Shown piece by piece: positions 52,660-63,199 of a stretch of DNA of 64,000 nt (position 1 is the first letter of the stretch; each line of letters starts with the position of its first letter). This DNA is from Histomonas meleagridis 2922-C6/04-290x. Its lineage: Eukaryota; Protista; Parabasalia. The stretch lies in assembly GCA_020184695.1 (NCBI GenBank), contig JAANOX010000082.1:124001-188000 (forward strand). Direction: 5' to 3'. The position numbers and the translations under genes were made by a program. The notes beneath the pieces were generated by a model. It saw only the letters and a list, made by a program, of their open reading frames with translations. It searched no databases and was not told the origin of the DNA.

Positions 52660-52814
52660 TGGTTATCGGTCTAATTTTTTTTATAAAAACCGTTTCCTCA
52701 ATTCAAAAGTCGATTTAAATCAATTATTCACAAAAAGTGGAATTTTATTTTTAACTTTTATCCAAATTATCTACTAAAAAAAATGAAAAATAACAAATTC
52801 TAAGTTTTATATAA

Positions 52815-55691
52815 TCAAAAAATAAATTTATTTCTTTGTCTTATTACCAGACTTGGATACACACATCGTATTGTATCATTTTCTTGTAATTCTTTAGTGT
52901 ATTTATATTCTAAGTCCATCACTTCCAAATCCAACACATCCATTTGTTGTGCAAATGAATTTTTGTTTAGGCAAGAAAATCCGACAATTTCATTATAATT
53001 TTGACGGATTTTATCTTGAATTGATTTTAACATATTAAATTTGTCATAATTATTATATACCATAAATGCACCAATTTTACCATTTATATTCATATAACAT
53101 AAAATGTCATTAATTCTCATTAATGCGGAAATGTTATTTTTCATATTAATTTCAATTAAATTTTCATATTTCATATGACAATTATTATAAAATCCATGTG
53201 CTATATCAGATTTAATTCGGACAATTATAATATTATTTTTATCATTAACAATAGCAACAGTTAAATCATCGATTATACAAATGTTTGTAATAAATGAATA
53301 TTTACCATAAGAAACATATTCGATTTGTTCTGTTTCAGGATTATATATTAATGTCATTAATAAATTATTACCTAAAACAGCCCAAATATAACCATTCGAA
53401 CATAATAATGTCGTTGGAAATGGCATTGATATAAATGAATCAGAAAGAACAATTTTATTATTAATAATTTTAGCAATTTGGATTGAACTTTCAAATCCAA
53501 TTATTAATTTATTTAATGAATATGTTAATGCTAAAGGTGTTTTATTATCAATTAATTCATATGTATATATTAAATCAATTGTTGTATCAGTAAAATGATA
53601 TAAATATAATTTATTAATACAACCAATTATAATATAATCATTAAATGATATATATGAAATTACTTTTCCATTTTGCGTATTAGAAATTATGTTTTTATTT
53701 ACATTTATTATGACAAATTCATTTTCTAATTCATTAATTACAAATGTATAAAATTCATTTTTTATTAATTTTGTTGCTTTTATTGAAGGTATTTTTATAA
53801 CATTAAATCCAATATTATCTAAATCAAAAGGAATTGTTTCAATCGAATTATTATCATAAAGAATAACTAAATTTAAATTAGTATTTTCATCATTAGTTAA
53901 ACAAATAGATAAATAATTAGTAATATTTGTTTTATAAAATTTATTATCTTTATATACATATAAAAACTCATCCAAAACTAAAAACGAATTATTGTTAATT
54001 TTAATTAATTCCAAATTTTCTTTACCGAAATATACATAAGAAAACTCATTTAAAAATCCAATTGAAGATGAAACGAAATATTGAATAATTGCGCCATTTT
54101 TTAATGATACAAATATTTCAGTTCCATTATTAATAAATAATATCGATACTATAGGCGAAGGAACCTCAAATGACAATTGTAATTTAATAAAAGAAAAATC
54201 ATATAACGAAATTATTGTATTAGAACCAACACAAATGAAATTATTACTTACATCGATCGAATTAATTTCATTTAAATCACATGAAAACTCAGATTTAGTC
54301 TCAATGTTTCGTAAGAAAAATATAATTCTGCAATTCTTTAACGCGATTGCTAACACATTTTTATTTGATGAAAGACAAACAACTTTTTGATCAAATTGTA
54401 TTAATTGTTTTCCATCAATTAAATATATTCCATCATTACATATCTGTAAATTTTGATTATTAAATGTAATTAATGAAATTGTTTTCTTATTTGTAATCTT
54501 TTGTTTCCCATTTATGATTTGAGTAATGTTTTTAGAAGACAGAATTATTAATGACTTTAATGATAATACTTTTGTTTTTTCAGTGATTTGTTCTTGAATT
54601 TGAATTTTTTCTCTTTCTAAATTATCAAATGTAACGATTTGACTTATTTGATATAACTCTTTTTGTGGCGTTAATCCATATAAATTTCCATTAGTTGTTA
54701 TACCATTAATAAATGTAAAACAATTTCCAATTTCTTTAATAGATAACGACTTATAAAAAATTTGTTTCTTTTGTGATCGATTTGAATTAGATTTCGGTAA
54801 TGAAATTATAGAATTACAACAATTGTTTCCGCTTAAAAGAATAAATTTATTTGGTAAAAGCCATAGTCGATTAAAATTAGGAACTTCTTGAATCGTTATC
54901 GTGTTTTTGGTTTGTGTGTCATACACAAAAAGTGAATTATCTTCTAATAAGCATGAAACAAAATTTTCGAGGTATTGCGAAACTAATGTGATCGTTGACT
55001 TGGTTTGGATTGTTATGTCAGAGATATTTAATGAGTTGGATGAATAAAATGATAATTCTTGTGAATTATGAATAAAATTCTTAAAACCTTCAGGTGCTGG
55101 AAATTGCTCAATAACATTCATTGTGACTGGATCAAGTTTTATAAGATTATGTGAGTTATCTGCGCTTTCAGTATATAAAATAAAATAATTATCATTGATG
55201 CTTGTAAGGTTCAAAATGATTTGTTGATCAAAAAAAATGGTGGCAATCTGTGGATTTGTAATATTGGTGATATTAATAATAAAACAATGATCTGATTTTG
55301 AGGAGATACAAATAAAATGTTTGGAATTTGTAATTGAAAAAAAAGTAAATTCCTCTGGTGAATTTTTAGTAATTTCCCCTATTGATAAGGAAGAAACTTT
55401 TTTTAATGATAGCCCAATTTCTGAAATTGTAAGTATTGATGATTCTGTAAAACTCACTAAATAGTTATTGCTTAGAGTTTCAACCCAAAGAAGCGGAACT
55501 TCTATGGAGAATGTTTGATGGTTTTGAAATGAAATTTGCTTATCAGAGATTAATAATGATGCAATAATTGCACGATTTTCATAAAATATTATCATGTCTA
55601 CAATACCTTGAGATCTAAGTTCTAATACCAAACAATGTTTAATTGAATTTTCTGGAATTAATGGGTCATGAATCAATTTCATTTTAGTCAA
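52815..55691 (-). CDS. Multi-beta-propeller protein, probably RSE1/DDB1/CPSF1 family (divergent)
   Basis: 958 aa and beta-strand rich. The C-terminus GKIGAF..FNMLKSIQDKI..GFS..DVLDLEVM resembles the CPSF_A terminal helical domain. Confidence 0.62.
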   Translation of the reverse strand: MTKMKLIHDPLIPENSIKHCLVLELRSQGIVDMIIFYENRAIIASLLISDKQISFQNHQTFSIEVPLLWVETLSNNYLVSFTESSILTISEIGLSLKKVSSLSIGEITKNSPEEFTFFSITNSKHFICISSKSDHCFIINITNITNPQIATIFFDQQIILNLTSINDNYFILYTESADNSHNLIKLDPVTMNVIEQFPAPEGFKNFIHNSQELSFYSSNSLNISDITIQTKSTITLVSQYLENFVSCLLEDNSLFVYDTQTKNTITIQEVPNFNRLWLLPNKFILLSGNNCCNSIISLPKSNSNRSQKKQIFYKSLSIKEIGNCFTFINGITTNGNLYGLTPQKELYQISQIVTFDNLEREKIQIQEQITEKTKVLSLKSLIILSSKNITQIINGKQKITNKKTISLITFNNQNLQICNDGIYLIDGKQLIQFDQKVVCLSSNKNVLAIALKNCRIIFFLRNIETKSEFSCDLNEINSIDVSNNFICVGSNTIISLYDFSFIKLQLSFEVPSPIVSILFINNGTEIFVSLKNGAIIQYFVSSSIGFLNEFSYVYFGKENLELIKINNNSFLVLDEFLYVYKDNKFYKTNITNYLSICLTNDENTNLNLVILYDNNSIETIPFDLDNIGFNVIKIPSIKATKLIKNEFYTFVINELENEFVIINVNKNIISNTQNGKVISYISFNDYIIIGCINKLYLYHFTDTTIDLIYTYELIDNKTPLALTYSLNKLIIGFESSIQIAKIINNKIVLSDSFISMPFPTTLLCSNGYIWAVLGNNLLMTLIYNPETEQIEYVSYGKYSFITNICIIDDLTVAIVNDKNNIIIVRIKSDIAHGFYNNCHMKYENLIEINMKNNISALMRINDILCYMNINGKIGAFMVYNNYDKFNMLKSIQDKIRQNYNEIVGFSCLNKNSFAQQMDVLDLEVMDLEYKYTKELQENDTIRCVYPSLVIRQRNKFIF

Positions 55692-55985
55692 GTCACTTTT
55701 TTGAATACGTTAAAAGAAGTTAAATAAAAAAGTGACATACCAAAATGATTATAATTTGCTCAAGTTTTGCGATGTGAATATTATTCCAAACTTATGCAAG
55801 GTTTCTATAAAGACTGCTATCTCTTGTGAAATCGGAATATCATAATTTTTAAAACCTATTCATAAATTATAAAGAATTTCATTATTAATACTATCAGATT
55901 GTATAAGTAAAAATTCTGAAATGCTATGGTTTAAAATATTAAGTTTAAATTTTTAGGTTATACAAGTTAATGTTTAATGAGATAA

Positions 55986-56588
55986 CTAGCAACAAATCTT
56001 TTGACCATCATTTTGAACTTGTTTGGCGTTTACAGTGACAACTTCTCCTTTGTCTTGTGGAACAATACTCTTTGATTCTTTTGCAATCTTTTCGAAAAGT
56101 TCGTGTATATGATCACCTGTTTTGGCCGATACTTGTATATGTTCCATTTGAGTAGACTCAGTGAATGAGTGTATTGATGATTCTTCTACTTTAATTTCAA
56201 GATCAATTTTATTTCCTGCTAAAACACACTTTGCTTCATTTCCACGATATTCTAAAACTTTTTCGTACCACTCCTTAGCTGACTCAAAAGATTGTGGTTT
56301 AGACACGTCATAAACAAGAACTGCAATTGATGTGTCACGAATATAAGTTGGAATTAGAGAATGAAATTTTTCTTGTCCTGCTGTATCCCATATCTGTAAA
56401 TTTACTGTTTCTTCACCAACTTTTATTGGCTTTGTGAAATAGTCTACACCTATTGTAATTTCGTATTGATTCGTAAATTGTCCATACATAAAACTATTTA
56501 TTATAGATGTTTTCCCAACGCCAGCAGATCCCAGAAAAACAACTTTTAATTCTGTTTTGGACTTGTTTTCCTGTTTTGGATCAGACAT
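55986..56588 (-). CDS. Rab GTPase (Rab6-like)
   Basis: GSAGVGKTS, TIGVDY, WDTAGQEKFHSLIPTYIRD, GNKIDL, SAKTG and a CC prenylation end. Likely start is MSDPK at 56588. Confidence 0.92.
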   Translation of the reverse strand: MSDPKQENKSKTELKVVFLGSAGVGKTSIINSFMYGQFTNQYEITIGVDYFTKPIKVGEETVNLQIWDTAGQEKFHSLIPTYIRDTSIAVLVYDVSKPQSFESAKEWYEKVLEYRGNEAKCVLAGNKIDLEIKVEESSIHSFTESTQMEHIQVSAKTGDHIHELFEKIAKESKSIVPQDKGEVVTVNAKQVQNDGQKICC

Positions 56589-57748
56589 GAGTGCAAAACG
56601 GTTGGTTTTCGCGGGTGGTGAAGCGTCTTTGACCGTTAAGAATTCGGTTTGTAAATTTAACAATTTTATAGAAGATCTTCTTGGTAAGTCTCTAACGGAA
56701 TAACCAAAACATATTTTTCAACAATTAAAAAACATTACTATAGCTAATTCAAATGAATATGAAGAAAAAGATAAATATAAAAAAAGTTCATTGAACTTGA
56801 GTTCATAACGGCCTTCTCAGCCAACATTTTAAGTTGAAATAGAAAGTTACTGAAAATATAATGTCTTGCATTCAAACAATACCAATTCCATCCACATGTT
56901 CAACATTATATTCATACTGTCGCTGACTCAATTTGCAAATGCATTTTTTTTTTTGAGATTATACATTCGAATAAATATTATAATACCAAAATCAGTTACA
57001 ATAATTGGTTGCTGTCCTTATACATTACATGTCTGGCTAAGCATAAAGTAATGGCTTTAAACTTGAAAATCTGAGAACCCTGCTTGAGTGTAAAAGATGG
57101 AACAATATTTGATGGAAGCTTTTTCTAAATATTTGAAATGGCATGAGAAAATCAAAATATTATTTCGTCATTGATGAATTAATACCAACAAGAGATAATG
57201 GTATAATGCTCTCTTATCTTGCTTTTAATGTCTTTGAACTAGATTGATTTATTTATTAATTCATTTAATTTTTCACAAGCTAATGTTAAATTTATCAACT
57301 CCCAAAAAACCTGCCCTATATTTAGGGTTTCTTCTTTTACCATATTTTCTATTCCCTCCCATAAAGAAGATGTATATAATAATATGAAGATCATTTCAAA
57401 ATAAAAATCTGTATCCTAAAGTCATCAACTTCAAAAATTTATCTATTTTAATGAAGAACCCCAAGGATATCAAAATTTTGCATAAAATTCATGTATCATT
57501 TTTTTGAAAGATTTTTATTTTATTACTACTAAAAAATTTTGTTTTTAAGGAAAATAATTTTTTTTACTCATCAAATAATGATTTAAAATCATGTGTTTTA
57601 TATTCATTTCTTTAAATGTCTTTGTACAGATCTTATTTAAGTTGACCAATTTTTTGACGTTTTTTTTATATATAAAGAGAAACGAAAATTTATATCTTGT
57701 TAATAACAAAATTATTTTTGATTTATTTATTTACCTTTGTTTCCTGAA

Positions 57749-58292
57749 TTATTTCATCTTATGAATTTGTTCAACAAGCCAATCTAATCCCTCATACAAT
57801 CCATCTCCTGTTGTTGCACATGTTCCTTGAACATGCCATGGACGATTTGTGTTTGTGTTAAGTTTTAATCTATTTCCTAATTCCATTGACTTAACTGCAT
57901 TTGGAAGATCTTGTTTGTTAGTATAAACAAGTAAAACGGAATTACGTAATTCATCTTCTTCCAGAAGTCTATGTAAAACATCACGTGCTTCATCAATTCT
58001 TCCGATATCATTAGAATCAACAACAAAAATAACTCCTTATGATGTGGAAATAATGTCTCCAAAGTGGTCGAATTCGGTCTTGACCTCCAACATCCCATAC
58101 ATTCATGTTAAGTCCTTTGTATTCAAATGTTTCAACATTAAAGCCAATTGTTGGAATTGTTGTTACTCGTTCTCCAAGTTTAAGTTTATATAAAACTGTG
58201 GTTTTTCCTGCTGCATCAAGTCCTAACATTAAAATCCTTGTTTCTTTATTCTTGAACCATTTGTTATATATATCACTAAAAAATAAACCCAT
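57749..58292 (-). pseudogene. ADP-ribosylation factor (Arf) with an apparent 2-nt deletion near 58040
   Basis: MG myristoylation start, [17 protein letters not shown] and WDVGGQ. After the frameshift: [38 protein letters not shown]. Confidence 0.85.
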
Positions 58293-58971
58293 TGTATAAA
58301 TGATGTGACTGAATGCTTGATCAACACATTTCTACAACTTTCCATCTGACCAGAATCGAAATTTAACGATACAAAAATTTAAACGTTCTGTTTCACATCA
58401 CTTTCCCCTCTTAAATTTACATTTGAATTCATGTGGAAATTGATTTTCTTTAATATTTTCTCTGATCGTTCCAGAAGTAAATATTTTGGCTGATAATACA
58501 ACACTTTCTTCAATTTTTGTTTCTTTTTACGAAAAAGAATAGAATATCACTGTTACTATTACACAAATAACAATAATCGCAATTGAAACACAAATAAGAA
58601 ATCAGATTAAAAACTGATGTATTAAATTATAATCACTTTATTCATAAAAAAATTCGTATATGTATAGATTCCATTCGAATTAGAAATTGTATTCAACACA
58701 AATGAATTATAAAATGCAACTGTTTGTGATAATGATATTGCATATGTGAACTAGATAAATATCTGTTTTATGATTTACTTATTAGTGCCTCAAATAAAAA
58801 TAATAAATAAAGTACGAGTTGCCTCCAAATGTAGGCTTTCAAACATTTTACTTACATGATGAAAAACATACTAATAATAAAATTCACATTGATTTAACAA
58901 AGATTTTTAAGTTGTTCAGGAATTTCATTGGAATGAACGATTCGATTTGAATTCGATGGTTTATTTCCTAT

Positions 58972-60279
58972 GTGTTTAGGATTGACACAAAAGTGTCATT
59001 TCATATGGAATTTCAAGCAAAAAGCCAAATTCATGGGAACGAATGGGAAACATTACAATATATTAAGAATTTAATATTCAATTTAAACAAAGAAAATATC
59101 ATTCAATCTTCAAAATTAATTATAAGTAAATTTGATGATATTTATCCATTATCTTTTAATTTAATTATTGTTAGGATTACATATGCAATTACTCTCATAC
59201 GAATGAAAGATATTGATTTATATTTGGATTTTCTTAAAGAAATAAAAAAACTAGAAATGAACATTCATCAAGAAATTGATATTTTTGATATATATGGACA
59301 TTTTCTTGTTAGTAAAAGTACACAAGAATCATATTATCTTCTTTCCAAAATGATTGAAGATAATTTACTTGATAAAAAAATCATTAAAAATATAAAACAC
59401 TCGATTGCTTCTCAAGGATATTTTGTGCAATACATGCCAAATGAAACAATTAAAGAATTGGGGGATTATAAATTTACTGAATATATTCAAAAAAATTATG
59501 AAGAACTTTCAAAGAATGATTGGGAACTTCATAAGAAATTAATTAAAGAAGGAGCTAATCCAAATGAAATTGCAAAAATAATTCGAAATGATGAAATCGA
59601 AAAACTTCAAGAAATATCATCACAAAATAATTTTGATTTTGATCAAACAATTGAACCATCACTTTATGAAAGATATTCATTTGTTAATAAAAAGAATGTT
59701 AGATTAATTGATTATGCAGCATTTTTTTCATCAGTTAAATGTTTTAAATATTTACTTATGAATGGTTCAAATGTATTAAACACGGGTAAATATGCAGTTG
59801 CAGGTGGAAATATTGAAATCATTCATTTATGTGAACAAAATCATTCATCATTTGATAAAGCATCTGAAACAGCAATTAAATTTTATCAAAATGATATCTT
59901 TAAATATATTTATGATAATAAATTAGAAAAAATACAATCAAAGCCAAAAACGCCTAAAGTCACACATTATTTGATAGATCTTTGTATTCAAAAAGATAAT
60001 TATGATATTTTAGCATTTTTGGAAGAAAAAGGAATTGATATTAATGCATGTAATATAAATGAATCAGCAATAAATGGAAATTTATATCTTGTTAAATGTT
60101 TCCTTCAAAATAATCAAATTCCAAAAAATATTTTGCCATTTGCTTCAGAATCAGGAAATGTTGAACTTGTGAAATATATTTTAGATAAAGAAGGAATTGA
60201 TATTAATGCAAAAAATATTCATTTGAATAATTTGGAATATGTTTTAATAATTTGGAACAGCACTTCATATAGCAGTTAG
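58972..60279 (+). CDS. DUF3447-type ankyrin-repeat protein (locus B); ORF ends inside the first spacer
   Basis: Intact 435-aa ORF with IRNDEIEKLQE..LIDYAAFFSSVKCFKYLL..YAVAGGNIEIIHLCEQ and ankyrin repeats. It extends to the TGA at 61122-61124 if four spacers are removed. Confidence 0.85.
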   Translation: MFRIDTKVSFHMEFQAKSQIHGNEWETLQYIKNLIFNLNKENIIQSSKLIISKFDDIYPLSFNLIIVRITYAITLIRMKDIDLYLDFLKEIKKLEMNIHQEIDIFDIYGHFLVSKSTQESYYLLSKMIEDNLLDKKIIKNIKHSIASQGYFVQYMPNETIKELGDYKFTEYIQKNYEELSKNDWELHKKLIKEGANPNEIAKIIRNDEIEKLQEISSQNNFDFDQTIEPSLYERYSFVNKKNVRLIDYAAFFSSVKCFKYLLMNGSNVLNTGKYAVAGGNIEIIHLCEQNHSSFDKASETAIKFYQNDIFKYIYDNKLEKIQSKPKTPKVTHYLIDLCIQKDNYDILAFLEEKGIDINACNINESAINGNLYLVKCFLQNNQIPKNILPFASESGNVELVKYILDKEGIDINAKNIHLNNLEYVLIIWNSTSYSS

Positions 60280-61124
60280 AAATAATAATATAGAAATAGT
60301 AAAATTACTTTTAGATAAAGGAATTGATATTAATGCAAAAAATATTCATTTGAATAATTTTATATATGTTTTAATAATTTGTAATATGTTTTAATAATTT
60401 GGAATATGTTTTAATAATTTTATATATGTTTTAATAATTTGTAATATGTTTTAATAATTTGGAATATGTTTTAATAATTTGGAATATGTTTTAATCATTT
60501 GAAATATGTTTTAATAATTTTATATATGCTTTAATAATTTGGAATATGTTTTAATAATTTTATATATGTTTTAATAATTTGAAACAGCACTTCATATAGC
60601 AGTTAGAAATAATAATATAGAAATAGTAAAATTACTTTTAGATAAAGGAATTGATGTTAATGCAAAAAATATTCATTTGAATAATTTGTAATATGTTTTA
60701 ATAATTTGGAATATGTTTTAATAATTTGGAATATGTTTTAATAATTTGGAATATGTTTTAATAATTTATAATATGTTTTAATAATTTGGAATATGTTTTA
60801 ATCATTTGAAATATGTTTTAATAATTTTATATATGCTTTAATAATTTGGAATATGTTTTAATAATTTTATATATGTTTTAATAATTTGAAACAGCACTTC
60901 ATATAGCAGTTAGAAATAATAATATAGAAATAGTAAAATTACTTTTAGATAAAGGAATTGATGTTAATGCAAAAAATATTCATTTGAATAATTTGTAATA
61001 TGTTTTAATAATTTGGAATATGTTTTAATAATTTGAAACAGCACTTCATATTGCAGTTAGAAATAATAATATAGAAATAGTAAATTTACTTCGGAACAAA
61101 AATTCTAATTGTATTCTTTTATGA
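60225..61124 (+). repeat. 99-nt ankyrin modules alternating with spacers of 8+20n nt (20-bp VNTR)
   Basis: Spacers are 60225-60252 (28), 60352-60579 (228), 60679-60886 (208) and 60986-61033 (48). The unit is NNNATATGTTTTAATAATTT. Confidence 0.92.
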
Positions 61125-61507
61125 TTAGAATACATTTGATTATCTGAAGAAATATTAATAATTTGAAGACTTCCACATGAACTAAAAAGTATGTGGTGAT
61201 ATTAATGTAACACTAGAATTGTTATGTTATTCAAGGAATAACAATTGTTTCCAAGTTTTATTTAAATGTAACATTTTCCTATATTAGCAATCATATCTTG
61301 TATGCTCATTAATTTATCTCATATTGAAGAAGATCTATTTGCTAAAGATTTTGAAGAAAACAATTTAATATGAAAATTTAATGTTATTATTATATTTGCT
61401 AATGATAATCATATTATATATAATAGAAGAAAACATATGATTTACCAAACAACAAAAAGGTTTATTAAAATAATAAATAAATTATTTTATTCTTAAAATA
61501 TGTTTAT

Positions 61508-63080
61508 TTATATTTGACTTATGAATTTTTCTTCTTTGAAATCGTCTGCAAATGGATCTTCTTCAATATTTGAATTATTAATACCAACTGAAAATGTATT
61601 ATATATTTCATTAATTTTATTATTATTTTCATCTGAAACATTCATTTCTTCTTCATTTTGTTTTCGCTTCTTATTTTGATATTTAATCATAAAAATTTTT
61701 ATTATCATTATAAATGCAATAATTATTACAATTACAATAACAATTATAATGATAATTAATGTATTATTATCAAAAGTGTTTATTATTATATCGATATAAG
61801 AAATATAAAAAAATTCGAATAATAAGTAAAATATTATAAATAATATATAAAATCGAAACAAATATATTTAGTTTCAGTTTCAATGAAAGTAATTGAATAA
61901 AATTTTAAGAAAGTATAATGATAAACTGATAAAGTTTTTGTGTATGATAAAGAATAAGTTAAAGTATAAGTATTAACGAATGAAAAATTCATCGAAAATG
62001 TATTAACGAAAGTATTTAAATCAAAATTGCTTTTTGTTCTCGTAAATGTATTTAACTTAGTTAATGTATGAATTAGCATATGTATTTAAATTAGTGAATG
62101 TATCACTTTGTGTGAATGTGCGTGTTGGCTGGTGACATTCGTCAAGTGTTGTTCCCTTAGTAACACTCATATTTCCAAATGTTTCATTTTGATATGTTTC
62201 TATTGTCATAACTGTTGTCGCATTTATATTAACAAATGCATCATTTTTTATTTCTGGTGAAATTACTCCATTAAAATGAATACATTGAAGTGATGTACAA
62301 TTAACAAATGTTCATGAATTAATATAATGACCATTTTCATCAATAAAAATTCTTTCTAAATTAATACAACTTGCAAAAGCATAATCCATAATAGAAGTGA
62401 CTGAATTCGGAATTGTAAATGTTTTACTTTTCATATTCGGATAACTAATAATTTGTGTAATTTCTTTAGCATATAAAACGCCATCATTTTGATAATTCGA
62501 ATATTCAAAATTTTTATCTGAAACATTAATAATTTGAAGATTTGTACATTCTAAAAATGGATTTCCAATGGAAGTAACAGAAATTGGTATATAAATATTC
62601 GCAAGGTTTGTACATCCTCTGAATGCATCAGATCCAATACTTCGTACGCTTACATCTAAAGTTTTCGTTTCAAGTCTTGTACATTTAGAAAATGCATTAC
62701 AACCAATGTTATTACAACGAATTGTAATATTAATTAACAAAATACATTCATAAAATGCACCGTCTCCAATTGAACTCATTAATTTTTCTGGAAATTGCAC
62801 ATATTCTAGTTTTTTAAATGATGCAAATGCTCCACTACCTATATTTTCAACTGACTCTCCAATTATTACTGTTATTAATAAAAACCATTCTCTAATTGCA
62901 TTATTTTCAAGCTCCAACATTATTAATTATAATACATTGTATAAATTAAAGATATTCCAAAAAATTGAACATTTTATCAGTATGTAATTCGGTATTTTTG
63001 TTTATCCACCCTGTAAAAATTATATCTTCGGATCTACACATAATTCAGATACATGACAATGGATTAACCCCATGAAATAA
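61508..63080 (-). pseudogene. BspA-like LRR surface protein, disrupted (copy 2, paralog of 14.3-15.7 kb)
   Basis: Closely matches copy 1 from the LRRs through the tail, with the same stops at 62057-59 and 61834-36 plus a private break near 62312. Confidence 0.8.
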
Positions 63081-63199
63081 AAAAGTAAATGATTGGAAAT
63101 ATTTACTTTTACATAAGAAATAATTCTCAAATCATATTAAAAAATGCGAAAAGGATTTTTATGATTCTTTAAAACATATAAAAATTTTAATTGAATGTT

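Noticed and set aside
60241-60260. Canonical GT-AG mini-intron GTTTTAATAATTTGGAACAG (and GTTTT...ACAG in locus A)
   Set aside because: Splicing at these sites puts the next ankyrin module out of frame and deletes the conserved Thr. There is no ACTAAC branch site, and upstream stops remain in the longer spacers.
60225-61033. CRISPR-like repeat/spacer array
   Set aside because: The long units are near-identical ankyrin-coding modules and the short units are a 20-bp VNTR. There are no unique spacers and no cas genes, and the context is eukaryotic.
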